Counted from the stretch's first letter, positions 1-9,542 are shown. The stretch: 53,201 nt of DNA from Sphingomonadaceae bacterium (GCA_024645025.1 JAHEGQ010000001.1:22409-75609), one strand, 5' to 3'. The notes: generated from the sequence alone by a model not told the origin. A program made the numbers and translations.

Positions 1-1167
1 ACCTCTGCCGTTGGCCGGGCCTGGTGTGGCTATGCCTGCCCGCAGACGGTCTGGACCGATTTGTTCCAACACGTCGAACGTTGGATCGATGGGGATCGCA
101 ATGCGCAGGTTCGGCTCGACAAGGCGCCTTGGGGCCCCGCCAAGCTCGCCCGGCGATTGACCAAATGGACCATTTGGCTGGTCATTGCGATGCTGACGGG
201 CGGCGCATGGATTTTCTATTTCGCGGATGCGCCAACGCTGGCCCAGGCCTTTGTTGCCGGCACGGCGCCGTTGGTCGCCTATTCCACGGTTGGCGTCTTG
301 ACGGCGACGACTTTCATCTTGGGCGGCTTCATGCGCGAGCAGGTCTGCATTTATATGTGCCCCTGGCCGCGCATCCAAACCGCGATGCTGGATGAAAAGT
401 CGCTGCTCGTTACCTATAAGGATTGGCGCGGCGAACCGCGCAGCCATGGCCTGAAAAAGGCACAGGATGACAGTCTGAAGACGGGTGATTGCATTGATTG
501 CCTGCAATGCGTGGCGGTGTGCCCCACGGGCATCGATATTCGCGAAGGACCGCAGATCGGCTGCATCACCTGCGCCTTGTGCATCGACGCGTGCGACAAG
601 GTAATGGCGCAAATTGGCAAGCCGCGCGGCTTGATTGATTATTGCACGCTGGATGATGCCGCTGTTGAACAGGCGGGCGGTCAGGCAAAGCCACTGCTCA
701 AAACACTTCTGCGCCCCCGCACGCTGGCTTATCTAACCATCTGGTCTTCGATCGGGTTTGCGATGCTCTTCATGCTGGGCGCACGCACGCGGCTGGACCT
801 GAACGTCCAGCATGATCGCAATCCAGTCTATGTCCAATTGTCCGACGGCATGGTCCGCAACAATTACACAGTGAAGGTCCGCAATATGGAAACGCGCCCG
901 CGCGCGGTATCGCTTGTTGTCCAGGGCCTGCCCGGTGCGACTGTGTGGACCGATGCGACGACCCGAACGGCGAATGTCCAGAAGGTCGACGTCCGCGTTC
1001 CCGCCGACAGTGTGCAAAAGGTGCGTCTCTTTGTCGCCGCACCCGCCAAGGGGCCAGAGCGGGCGGATTTCACCATTAGCGCCGTCGCGCGGGATGGGGA
1101 TCGCCGGGGCGATACAGACGCGATTGTTTTTGAACGGCCGACTGCACAATTGGGAGAAGGGGAATGA
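1..1167 (+). CDS. ccoG: cbb3 oxidase accessory 4Fe-4S protein CcoG/FixG (5' truncated by window edge)
   Basis: Frame is open from base 1 (GRAWCGYACPQTVW); REQVCIYMCPWPRIQ and two CxxCxxCxxxC ferredoxin motifs; directly upstream of fixH/fixI. Confidence 0.95.
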   Translation, partial: TSAVGRAWCGYACPQTVWTDLFQHVERWIDGDRNAQVRLDKAPWGPAKLARRLTKWTIWLVIAMLTGGAWIFYFADAPTLAQAFVAGTAPLVAYSTVGVLTATTFILGGFMREQVCIYMCPWPRIQTAMLDEKSLLVTYKDWRGEPRSHGLKKAQDDSLKTGDCIDCLQCVAVCPTGIDIREGPQIGCITCALCIDACDKVMAQIGKPRGLIDYCTLDDAAVEQAGGQAKPLLKTLLRPRTLAYLTIWSSIGFAMLFMLGARTRLDLNVQHDRNPVYVQLSDGMVRNNYTVKVRNMETRPRAVSLVVQGLPGATVWTDATTRTANVQKVDVRVPADSVQKVRLFVAAPAKGPERADFTISAVARDGDRRGDTDAIVFERPTAQLGEGE

Positions 1168-1619
1168 CCCAGCGTAGATTTACCGGCTGGCATATGACCG
1201 GGATCCTCGTTGCGTTTTTCGCAGTCGTCATCGGCGTCAACCTCTTCATGGCGCGTGAAGCCGTTGGCACCTTTGGCGGGACGGTGGTTGAAAACAGCTA
1301 TGTCGCCAGCCAACGGTTTAATCATTGGCTGGACAAGGCAAACGCCCAAAAGGATTTGGGATGGACTGTCACGGCGACGCTGTCGGGGGATCGCCATGTG
1401 GCGGTGTACGCCAAGGCGCAGGGCGCGGCGCTGGACGATGCTGTTGTCAGTGCCATTGTGCGACATCCTTTGGGTCGGGCGCCCGAACAGCAATTGGCGT
1501 TTCAGGCCAGCCAAGGGCAATGGATCAGCTCGGCGCCTTTGCCGCCGGGGCGCTGGCTGGTGCATCTGACGATTACGCAAGGCGCAGATCGCTATCAGGT
1601 GATTGAAGCCCTGCAATGA
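1164..1619 (+). CDS. ccoH: FixH/CcoH family cbb3 assembly protein
   Basis: FTGWHM...FFAVVIGVN...GTVVENSYVASQRFN signature; ATGA overlap with ccoG. Confidence 0.92.
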   Translation: MTQRRFTGWHMTGILVAFFAVVIGVNLFMAREAVGTFGGTVVENSYVASQRFNHWLDKANAQKDLGWTVTATLSGDRHVAVYAKAQGAALDDAVVSAIVRHPLGRAPEQQLAFQASQGQWISSAPLPPGRWLVHLTITQGADRYQVIEALQ

Positions 1620-3754
1620 CCGTCACGGCCTCTGCCTCATCAGCCCAATCTCAAAGCGGCGCTCAATCGCAGACGTTGTTCGCGATACCGGGCATGCATT
1701 GTGCAGGCTGTATCTCGAAGATTGAAAACGGATTGAGCCAAGTCCCGGGCATAACGGAGGCCCGCGTCAACTTTACCGCCAAGCGTGTCACCATCGTGCA
1801 TGATGACGCCCTGACCGTGCCGGATATGACGGCGGCCATCGCCCGCATTGGATTTGAAGCCCAGCCCTTGCTGGATGCAGCGGCAACGACGGACAGAGGC
1901 GAAAGCCGGGCGTTGATGAAGGCGCTCGCCGTGGCGGGCTTTGCGGCGATGAACATCATGCTGCTGTCTGTATCGGTTTGGTCCGGGGCGGACGGCGGCA
2001 CGCGCGATCTGTTTCACTGGCTGTCCGCGGTCATCGCCTTGCCGGCCATTGCCTATTCAGGTCGCCCCTTTTTCCGCTCCGCCTGGAAGGCATTGTCCAA
2101 TGGCCGGACCAATATGGATGTGCCCATTTCCATCGGCGTGGTGCTGACGACCGCGCTCAGCCTGTTTGAAACCTTTGTGCATGGGCCGCATGCCTATTTT
2201 GATGGCGCTGTCATGCTGCTGTTTTTCCTGCTGGGCGGGCGCACCTTGGACAGCGTGATGCGCGACCGCGCCCGCGATGGTGTTGCGGCATTGTTAAAGC
2301 ATACGGCCCCCGGCGCATTGGTGGTTGAAAAGGGCGGGGCCTCGCGCTGGGTGGATGCCGCAGACTTGCAACGGGGTATGGTGATGCTGGTCGCTGCGGG
2401 GGAGCGGTTGGCGGCCGATGGTATCATCGTGAAAGGCGAGGCGCGGTTTGATCTGTCGCTCCTCACCGGCGAATCCGCCCCCGTCAGCATGGGCATGGAT
2501 GCAGAAGTCCATGCAGGCACCTTGAATATCGACGCGCCAATTGAGGTGCGGGTGACAGCAACCGGCACAGGCACCGCCATCGCCGATATTGCCCGGATGA
2601 TGGAAGAGGCCAGCCAATCCAAGTCGCGTTATGTGCGCATCGCGGATCGGGCCGCCCGGATTTACGCGCCGGCTGTTCACACCTTGGCCGCGCTGAGCTT
2701 TACCGGCTGGATGCTGGCGGGCGCTGGCTGGCATGAATCGCTTTTGATTGCGGTGGCCGTTCTTATCATCACCTGCCCCTGCGCCTTGGGGTTGGCCGTT
2801 CCCGCCTCCCAGATCGTGGCCGCGGGCGCGCTGATGAAGAAGGGCATTTTGGTCAAGGATGGGTCCGCGCTGGAACGCCTGTCAGAGGTAAATTGTGCCT
2901 TGTTTGACAAGACGGGAACGCTGACGCTTGGGCGACCGGAGGTGACCAATCTTGACCTGCTCAATCCAGATCAGGCGGGCATCGCGCTCGCCTTGGCGCG
3001 TGCCAGTCGTCATCCATTAAGCCAATCCTTACGCCGCGCGCTGGAGGCCCGCCACGTCCGCGCTGCTGAAGTGGCGGCGCTGTCCGAAATGCCGGGCTTC
3101 GGCGTGGCGGGGCGCTGGCAGGGCGAGGCCGTTTCGTTGGGACGCCCCGATGCTAAGGCGGCGGGCTCGGCTTTGGCTGTCGCGCTAAAGGCGGGTGGCC
3201 AATCTATTGTCCTGTCGTTTGAGGATGCGCTGCGCCCCGATGCGGCAGCCGTGATCGACCAGCTCCGCGCCCTTGGCATCAAAAGCGCGATCATTTCGGG
3301 GGACCGTGCCGCAGCGGTGGCGCCCGTGGCGCGCGCGCTTGGCCTCGCCGCAGAAACGGGGATGCAGCCGCAAGACAAGCTGGCCGCCATTGCCCGGCAA
3401 ACGGCACAAGGGGGCAAGGTCTTGATGGTGGGCGATGGCCTGAACGATGGGCCTGCCCTTGCCGCAGGACACGCATCTCTGGCACCGGCTTCTGCCAGCG
3501 ATGCCGGGCAAAGTGCGGCCGATGCCGTTTTTCTGGGGGATAGTTTGAACCCGGTTGCAACCGCCATTCGGGTTGCCCGCGCAACCCAGCGCATCGTGCG
3601 CCAGAATTTCGTGATCGCAATTGGGTATAATGCGGTTGCGGTCCCGCTTGCCATTGCGGGGCTTGTTACCCCCTTGATCGCAGCGCTGGCGATGTCGGGC
3701 AGTTCGTTGATCGTGGTTGCCAATGCCCTGCGCCTGAAGGGCGCGGCAAAATGA
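1616..3754 (+). CDS. ccoI: P1B-type Cu-transporting ATPase CcoI/FixI
   Basis: GMHCAGC HMA domain, TGES, CPCALGL, DKTGTLT, HP and GDGLNDGP motifs; operon context. Confidence 0.95.
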   Translation: MTVTASASSAQSQSGAQSQTLFAIPGMHCAGCISKIENGLSQVPGITEARVNFTAKRVTIVHDDALTVPDMTAAIARIGFEAQPLLDAAATTDRGESRALMKALAVAGFAAMNIMLLSVSVWSGADGGTRDLFHWLSAVIALPAIAYSGRPFFRSAWKALSNGRTNMDVPISIGVVLTTALSLFETFVHGPHAYFDGAVMLLFFLLGGRTLDSVMRDRARDGVAALLKHTAPGALVVEKGGASRWVDAADLQRGMVMLVAAGERLAADGIIVKGEARFDLSLLTGESAPVSMGMDAEVHAGTLNIDAPIEVRVTATGTGTAIADIARMMEEASQSKSRYVRIADRAARIYAPAVHTLAALSFTGWMLAGAGWHESLLIAVAVLIITCPCALGLAVPASQIVAAGALMKKGILVKDGSALERLSEVNCALFDKTGTLTLGRPEVTNLDLLNPDQAGIALALARASRHPLSQSLRRALEARHVRAAEVAALSEMPGFGVAGRWQGEAVSLGRPDAKAAGSALAVALKAGGQSIVLSFEDALRPDAAAVIDQLRALGIKSAIISGDRAAAVAPVARALGLAAETGMQPQDKLAAIARQTAQGGKVLMVGDGLNDGPALAAGHASLAPASASDAGQSAADAVFLGDSLNPVATAIRVARATQRIVRQNFVIAIGYNAVAVPLAIAGLVTPLIAALAMSGSSLIVVANALRLKGAAK

Positions 3755-3909
3755 CCGGCATTGCGCTTTTGATCCCGATCGCCTTGGGGCTTGGCCTAAT
3801 TGGCCTTTTTGCGTTTTTCTGGTCGCTACGGACTGGTCAGTTTGACGATCTGGACGGGGCAGCCCTGCGCATTCTGATTGACGATGACGCCGAAGGGGGC
3901 GACCAGTGA
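3751..3909 (+). CDS. ccoS: cbb3 oxidase maturation protein CcoS/FixS (52 aa; absent from ORF track)
   Basis: Manual translation MTGIALLIPIALGLGLIGLFAFFWSLRTGQFDDLDGAALRILIDDDAEGGDQ contains the FFW-x4-GQFDDL signature; ATGA overlap with ccoI. Confidence 0.93.
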   Translation: MTGIALLIPIALGLGLIGLFAFFWSLRTGQFDDLDGAALRILIDDDAEGGDQ

Positions 3910-4142
3910 TTGTGCCTTTGCGCGGGCTGTCGCCCCTTTGGGCCTTGGCGCTGTTGCTGCCAGCGCCCGGCGTTCAGGCCAAGGTTGTCCGCATTCCCAT
4001 GTGTGGGGGTGGCGCGCGCACGCTGCCGCTGCCAGGCGCTCCAGTGCCTGTGTCTGACGATCATGATTGCTGTCGCAAGGCCTGCCACGCCGCATCCGAT
4101 CGGCGCAAAAAGTCCAGCCTCTCTAAAATCGACTGCTGCTAA
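3906..4142 (+). CDS. Small exported Cys-rich protein (78 aa), possible metal-binding protein
   Basis: GTGA overlap with ccoS stop; signal-peptide-like N-terminus ending VQA; Cys pattern C...HDCCRKACH...CC. Confidence 0.65.
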   Translation: MIVPLRGLSPLWALALLLPAPGVQAKVVRIPMCGGGARTLPLPGAPVPVSDDHDCCRKACHAASDRRKKSSLSKIDCC

Positions 4143-4183
4143 GCGGCGGCCCGCCCGACGGGGGTGGCACTTTCGTTGTTCCC

Positions 4184-4216
4184 AAAAAAAGACGGGGCCG
4201 GCACAGGCCGACCCCG
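4184..4216 (-). terminator. Intrinsic terminator of usp-ompW
   Basis: Minus strand CGGGGTCGGC-CTGT-GCCGGCCCCG followed by TCTTTTTTT. Confidence 0.8.
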
Positions 4217-4242
4217 CAGTGGAGGAGCTGGTAAAACTTGGG

Positions 4243-4908
4243 TTAGAGGCGGAAGCCGACACCCACGCCGACAACGATTGGGTTCAGATCAACCTTTACC
4301 CGCTGCGTGCCGAGATCTTCCGTCGTCAGACGGGCCGTGGTGCGAATGTCGATATATTTGATGTCCAGATTGAGGAACATCTTGCTGTTCAAGTCGATAT
4401 CGACGCCCGCTTGTGCCGCCCAGCCAAAGCTGCTTTTCAGATGCACATTGGTGTTGCCAGCGGCAGCTTCAAAAGCGCTGGAGGCTTTTTCCGAATAGAA
4501 CAGGGTATAGTTCAAGCCGGCCCCTAGATAGGGACGCACCTTGGCTTCTGGCATGAAGTGATATTGCGCCGTTAGCGTCGGCGGCAGGACCCAAGTCGAT
4601 GCCAACTTACCGATGCTGCCCGTTGTGCCCGTCACGCCCGAGACGCTGTGCTTCGACGTGGCGGCAATCAGTTCAAAGCCGATATTGTCGGTGACCATAT
4701 GCGTGACATCGACTTCCGGCACCACGGCATTGTCGACCTTCACCTGTTCGTCCGGCAGCGCGGGCAGGACCCCGCCCGACTTTTCATTGGGCGCAACCAA
4801 GATGCCGCGGACGCGGACATAGGTGTCCCCAGCGGCGGCCATGGCCGGTGTGGCGACAGCACTTGCCAGCAGTGCCGCCAGCAGCAATTTCCCCTTTTGC
4901 GTGCTCAT
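4243..4908 (-). CDS. ompW: OmpW family outer membrane protein
   Basis: Signal peptide; LPPTLTAQYHF and RPYLGAGLNYT motifs; C-terminal GFRL; SD AAGGAG. Confidence 0.93.
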   Translation of the reverse strand: MSTQKGKLLLAALLASAVATPAMAAAGDTYVRVRGILVAPNEKSGGVLPALPDEQVKVDNAVVPEVDVTHMVTDNIGFELIAATSKHSVSGVTGTTGSIGKLASTWVLPPTLTAQYHFMPEAKVRPYLGAGLNYTLFYSEKASSAFEAAAGNTNVHLKSSFGWAAQAGVDIDLNSKMFLNLDIKYIDIRTTARLTTEDLGTQRVKVDLNPIVVGVGVGFRL

Positions 4909-4941
4909 CTTGATCTCCTTATCTGAGCGGTTGAGACAGGT

Positions 4942-5754
4942 TCAGCGGCCCAGCAGCACGGGAAGGGTGCTGCTGGTCACAAGGCGGCGGGTGACGCCGC
5001 CCAAAAGCGTTTCCCGCAATCGGGAATGGCCATAAGCGCCGATCAGCACCGCGCCTGCGCCTTGGGCTTTGGCGACATCGCTCAACACGGCATCGGCTGT
5101 GCCCGCGCTGGCCGGAAAGCTCTGCAAATCGGACTTGATGCCATGGTGAGACAAATAGGTGCTGGCATCCGTCTGGGGGTAAACCGCCTCTTCTTCGCCG
5201 ATGGACACCAGCGTGACATTGCGGGCCATCTTCAACAGGGGAAGGGCTTCGCGCAGAGCGCGGGCCGCTTGTTCGGAGGCGTTCCAGCCGATCACAACGG
5301 GCGCGGTCGCATCAAAGCGCGAGACGCCCTTGGGCACAACAAGCACCGGGCAACCGGCATTGACGGCCACCTGATCAACAATGGGCATGGGTGCCGTGAT
5401 GCCGCCGATACCGGGCCCGACCTGGCTTAACACCACAAGGTCGGCCAGAGAGGAGACCGACACAATCGTCTGGGCCGGATCGCCATCATAGGATTGCCAA
5501 TCCCAGCGCACGTCTTCGCGCGTCAGCCGGGCTTCGATCTTGGCGCGGATCGCCGCTTCGGCCTCGCGCAGGCTTTCAATCACAGCACCGCTGGCAAAGA
5601 CACCGCCCATCGGGTCCAGCCCGACATAGGCCGCATAAGGCGTGACATAGATGCACGTCAGATGCGCATCGTGCGCGCGGCAGACGTCGAGCGCGACGAC
5701 AATGCGGTCGTCCAAACCGTCATCTTCAAAAATGTGGAGCAGGACTGATTTCAT
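4942..5754 (-). CDS. Tandem-domain universal stress protein
   Basis: MKSVLLH start with upstream AAAGG; GCPVLVVP, GWNASEQAARA and GAYGHSRLRETLLGGVTRRL motifs. Confidence 0.9.
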   Translation of the reverse strand: MKSVLLHIFEDDGLDDRIVVALDVCRAHDAHLTCIYVTPYAAYVGLDPMGGVFASGAVIESLREAEAAIRAKIEARLTREDVRWDWQSYDGDPAQTIVSVSSLADLVVLSQVGPGIGGITAPMPIVDQVAVNAGCPVLVVPKGVSRFDATAPVVIGWNASEQAARALREALPLLKMARNVTLVSIGEEEAVYPQTDASTYLSHHGIKSDLQSFPASAGTADAVLSDVAKAQGAGAVLIGAYGHSRLRETLLGGVTRRLVTSSTLPVLLGR

Positions 5755-5823
5755 CGTCTGCGCCTTTCGTCTGGCGTTATCGGGTCGATGGGTAAGGAAT
5801 GGGCCTGTTGCGCCTATCTGTCC

Positions 5824-5837
5824 TTGATTGATGACAA
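5824..5837. promoter_or_regulatory. FNR/FixK box (usp-ompW side)
   Basis: TTGAT-TGAT-GACAA versus consensus TTGAT-N4-ATCAA; lies between divergent usp and hemN. Confidence 0.65.
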
Positions 5838-5845
5838 GAAGTTGC

Positions 5846-5859
5846 TTGATCGAGGTCAA
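5846..5859. promoter_or_regulatory. FNR/FixK box (hemN side)
   Basis: TTGAT-CGAG-GTCAA (9/10 consensus), centred 41.5 nt upstream of the hemN ATG at 5894. Confidence 0.8.
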
Positions 5860-5893
5860 AGCCCTTTGGCGGCGAAGGGCTAGGGTCTGGCCG

Positions 5894-7192
5894 ATGTGGC
5901 CCTATTATCCCGACCTGATGGAGCGGCCGGTCCCGCGCTATACGAGCTATCCGCCCGCGACCGCCTTTTGCGCGTCAGTTGGGACGGAGGCCCAAGCCCG
6001 TGCGCTCAATGCCGTTGGGCCGGGGACCGCCGTGTCGCTATATCTTCACATTCCCTATTGCCAGAAGATCTGCTGGTATTGCGGCTGTAACACGGGGGCG
6101 GCGGGCCGCACCCAACGGCTTTCAGCTTATCTAAAGGCGCTGGAGGGTGAGATTGCACTTGTCGCCAAGCTTTTGGGCGGGCGTGGCAAGCTACATCGGA
6201 TCGCCTTTGGCGGCGGGAGTCCCAATGCGATCGACCCGGTTGATTTTGTTCGGCTGGTGGACCGGCTGGTCACAATTTTTGGGGCAGGCGCCGCCCCGGA
6301 TATTTCGGTAGAGATCGACCCGCGGGCCTTTACGCCCGACTGGGCGATGACTTTGGCCATTTCGCAAGTGTCCCGCGTCAGCTTTGGCGTGCAGAGCTTT
6401 GATCCTGCCATTCAGGCCGCCATTGGTCGCATCCAGCCGGTCACCATGATCGAAACCTGCATTGCGGCCCTGCGCGCGCGGGGCATCAAAGCGATTAATT
6501 TTGATTTGATGTATGGCTTGCCCGGCCAGACGGTTGAAGTGCTTGATCAGACGCTGGACGATGTCGTGCGGCTAAAGCCCAGCCGGATTGCCCTATTTGG
6601 CTATGCCCATGTCCCGCAGATGTTTCCGCGTCAGCGCCGCATTGATGCCACCGCCTTGCCCGGCCCGTCAGCGCGGTTTGATCAGGCGGCGCATGGGTAT
6701 GAACGCCTGATCGGCGAAGGCTATGTCGCAATTGGCTTTGATCACTTTGCCCAGCCGGATGATCCCTTGGCTAAGGCTGCTGCGACCGGACGGGTGCGCC
6801 GCAACTTTCAAGGCTTTACAGAAGATCAGGCAGAGGTGATGATCGGCCTTGGGGCCAGCGCGATCAGCTTGTTTCCTGATCTGATCATCCAGAATGAAAA
6901 AAACCCCGGCGCCTATCGTGACCGGATCGCTGGGGGCCAGTTAGCCGGATCACGGGGCGTTGTCCGCGGCCCAGAAGATCAGGCAAGGGCGCAGGTGATT
7001 GAACAGCTTTTATGCCAGCATAGCGCTGCACCAGACCCATCGCTTGTTGATCCGCAACTGGAGGCGGCGCTGGCCCAATTCCGTGCGCTGGGGCTTGTGG
7101 AGCAAAAGGGCGATGCGCTTTGGATCACCGAACAGGGTCGACCCTATGCGCGCAACATTGCAGCGGCTTTTGATCGTCACGCCGCCCATTAG
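5894..7192 (+). CDS. hemN: Oxygen-independent coproporphyrinogen III oxidase (radical SAM)
   Basis: PRYTSYP, YLHIPYCxxxCxYCGC, FGGGSP and RNFQGFT motifs. Confidence 0.93.
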   Translation: MWPYYPDLMERPVPRYTSYPPATAFCASVGTEAQARALNAVGPGTAVSLYLHIPYCQKICWYCGCNTGAAGRTQRLSAYLKALEGEIALVAKLLGGRGKLHRIAFGGGSPNAIDPVDFVRLVDRLVTIFGAGAAPDISVEIDPRAFTPDWAMTLAISQVSRVSFGVQSFDPAIQAAIGRIQPVTMIETCIAALRARGIKAINFDLMYGLPGQTVEVLDQTLDDVVRLKPSRIALFGYAHVPQMFPRQRRIDATALPGPSARFDQAAHGYERLIGEGYVAIGFDHFAQPDDPLAKAAATGRVRRNFQGFTEDQAEVMIGLGASAISLFPDLIIQNEKNPGAYRDRIAGGQLAGSRGVVRGPEDQARAQVIEQLLCQHSAAPDPSLVDPQLEAALAQFRALGLVEQKGDALWITEQGRPYARNIAAAFDRHAAH

Positions 7193-7201
7193 CGCCGTTG
7201 G

Positions 7202-7828
7202 TCAAGCCGAGACCGCCAACTGCGCCAAGGCGGCGGCCAAGGCCAGCGCCAGCGCCATTGTCACCCTTGGGCTGGCATAAAAGGCCACCAGCTTTTGTGT
7301 CGGGAAAGAAAATGTCATGTCGATCCCCAGCAGCTTGTTGGGATGCGCATCGCGAAAGGCCGGGTCGCGCACCATGGCCACCAGATCGCGGCGACTGCGA
7401 TAGCGCATTGTGCTGGTGACCGTCCAATTTGGATCGGCAGAGACGCCCCAGGCATCGATATAACCGCCAACCTTGCGGCCAACGAATACGGGGTGCCCGC
7501 CTCTGCGAATCAGCCCTTTGACAAAGGGTTGGGAATAACGGTCGAGCCATGCCTTGCCGGGCAGTGTTTCCCCGGTTTGCGGGTGCGTCACCGCGCCAGA
7601 AGGCGTCCGCACCATATTGAGCATGATAAACTCGCGGCCATCGTCGGCTTCCAAAAAGGCGCGCATGGCAGCGGGGTCGTTGCCGGTTTGCAGCAGCTTG
7701 GGGGTATAGTCTTGCAAAAAGGCATCGACTTCTGCGGCGCTCAGCGGGCGGCGCCACCCATCGTAGAATCCAAGGAACAGCAGATAGAGGGCAAGCGCTG
7801 TCCCCCAAATGATGATGACGTTTGACAT
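7202..7828 (-). CDS. Hypothetical membrane-anchored protein (possibly DUF1330-like core)
   Basis: SD GGGAGGGG; hydrophobic N- and C-termini; FIMLN...RYRSRRD pattern. Confidence 0.7.
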   Translation of the reverse strand: MSNVIIIWGTALALYLLFLGFYDGWRRPLSAAEVDAFLQDYTPKLLQTGNDPAAMRAFLEADDGREFIMLNMVRTPSGAVTHPQTGETLPGKAWLDRYSQPFVKGLIRRGGHPVFVGRKVGGYIDAWGVSADPNWTVTSTMRYRSRRDLVAMVRDPAFRDAHPNKLLGIDMTFSFPTQKLVAFYASPRVTMALALALAAALAQLAVSA

Positions 7829-7903
7829 ATCCCCTCCCAATCCGCTGACAAGCGCATGATTTTGGCTCTATCTTGTCAGCGGTTGGGGGCAGGGGCAAGC
7901 GGA

Positions 7904-8635
7904 TCAGAAGCGATAGCCGAGCGTTGCCTGAACACTTTGCATCGTCAGCCAGCCATGGAGGCCGCGGTTGAGCGTGTCGTTCAACTGAATATTGCGCGCC
8001 CGATAAAAGCCATAGCGCAACCCAATTTCAACATGGTCGCCAATTGGCTCCCGCGCGCCGCCCATCGCCTGCCACGCAAAGCCGTCATCATGATCGCGGA
8101 CCGCCTGCAATGTGGTGACCATAGTCGGAAAAATTGACTTGGCCGTATAGCCTCGGGCGTAGGTTCGATCAAAACCGACGCCGCCACCGGCATAAAAGCG
8201 CGTCGCGCTGGGCTTGCCGACTTGAACATAGGCGTTAATCATCGCGCTGCGCGAAATCGTCGAGCCTGAGAGTGCGGAAAATGTGCCTGCGGTTTGATAA
8301 GGCGCGACGCCACCTTTCACATAACCGAGCGGGATTTTTGCTGGAGCGGTCGCGACCAGACTGGAAATCGGGTTCGCTCGCTCACTATATTCGCCCTCAA
8401 TCCGAAACAGGCCAAAATCACGGCCAACAGCGATCGACAAATTATGGCCGCTCTTGTGCATCGCCTTCAAGCCGTGATGGGTTGGGTTGGGCGTCGTGGC
8501 GACATTGAAATTCAACGTTTCCGCCCAAGATCCGCCGGCTGACGCCTGAACGTAAAAGCCCTTAGCATCCAGTGCATAAGCGGGCGAAGCAAAAAGCGCC
8601 AAGGCGCACGAAACTGAAAGAAATTGAATACGCAC
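7904..8635 (-). CDS. Outer-membrane beta-barrel protein (OmpA/opacity-like 8-strand family)
   Basis: GTG start after AGGGGAAG; signal peptide ASPAYA; GRDFG, FRIEGEY and FAWQAMGG motifs; C-terminal LGYRF. Confidence 0.8.
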   Translation of the reverse strand: MRIQFLSVSCALALFASPAYALDAKGFYVQASAGGSWAETLNFNVATTPNPTHHGLKAMHKSGHNLSIAVGRDFGLFRIEGEYSERANPISSLVATAPAKIPLGYVKGGVAPYQTAGTFSALSGSTISRSAMINAYVQVGKPSATRFYAGGGVGFDRTYARGYTAKSIFPTMVTTLQAVRDHDDGFAWQAMGGAREPIGDHVEIGLRYGFYRARNIQLNDTLNRGLHGWLTMQSVQATLGYRF

Positions 8636-8800
8636 AAAACTTCCCCTGTTTGAAGAACGCTCAAACACAGATGCTAAAAACAGCAATCTGTTACGACCAG
8701 TCTATAGGGCAGGAAATTGCCTGTCTTCAATAGGGTTAATAAAAATCATCCCCGCCAAAATTTGCGGCGCATCGAACCTAGGGGAAATCGGGATGACGGA

Positions 8801-8876
8801 TGGTGGAGCTGAGGGGAATCGAACCCCTGACCTCATCATTGCGAACGATGCGCTCTACCAACTGAGCTACAGCCCC
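8801..8876 (-). tRNA. tRNA-Ala (anticodon CGC)
   Basis: GGGGCTGTAGCTCAGTTGGTAGAGCG-CATCG-TTCGCAA-TGATG-AGGTCAGGGGTTCGATTCCCCTCAGCTCCACCA; G3:U70 pair; encoded CCA. Confidence 0.97.
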
Positions 8877-9005
8877 GCATCCGTGGTCAGGGCCATTAGC
8901 CGTGCCGTGCGCGCGTTGCAATGGTCTTGCGTTGAAAGGGGCTTAAATCCCTTTTTCGGGGCGCATATGCTTGCCTTGCCAGCGTTTCCGCCGCACATCT
9001 TGGCG

Positions 9006-9542
9006 ATGCGGATCAAGTTTTTATCGCTCATGCTGCCCATCATGCTGGGTCTTGCGGGCTGCGCGTCCACGCCCAAGGGTCAGCCGCCTGCCCCGCCTTT
9101 GGCCGTTGCTGCAGCGGCAATGCCCGCGACGTCCTCGGTGAAAGGGTGGGAGGATGCATCGCTTTCCACGGGGTCTTGGGTTTATCTGGTAGACCAGCAA
9201 GGCCCCGTGGCGCTGTTTGGGGTGGCTGGCGCACCCGCCCAATTTGCCTTGCGCTGTGATTTGGCGCGTCGAATTGTCCTGGCGCAACGCCGTGTTGATC
9301 CGCCACTTGAGCCCGAAGCAGCGATGACGATCACGACCAGTACCACAGAGCGTAGCTTTTCAATTGCCAGTTTTGCAGGGGCAACCCATTATCTGGCAGC
9401 GGAAATTCCGGCACAAAATGCGATGCTGGACGCCATGGCCTTTAGCCGGGCGCGCTTTGCCATTTCCATACCCGGCCAGCCGATGCTGATTTTGCCCAGC
9501 TGGGTAGAGGTGACGCGGGTGGTGGAAGATTGCCGCCCATAA
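9006..9542 (+). CDS. Hypothetical lipoprotein
   Basis: MRIKFLSLMLPIMLGLAGC lipobox; C-terminal TRVVEDCR; the longer ORF-track start runs antisense through the tRNA. Confidence 0.8.
   Translation: MRIKFLSLMLPIMLGLAGCASTPKGQPPAPPLAVAAAAMPATSSVKGWEDASLSTGSWVYLVDQQGPVALFGVAGAPAQFALRCDLARRIVLAQRRVDPPLEPEAAMTITTSTTERSFSIASFAGATHYLAAEIPAQNAMLDAMAFSRARFAISIPGQPMLILPSWVEVTRVVEDCRP

Noticed and set aside
8793-9005. N-terminal extension of the lipoprotein ORF
   Set aside because: It runs antisense across tRNA-Ala; the lipobox places the start at 9006.
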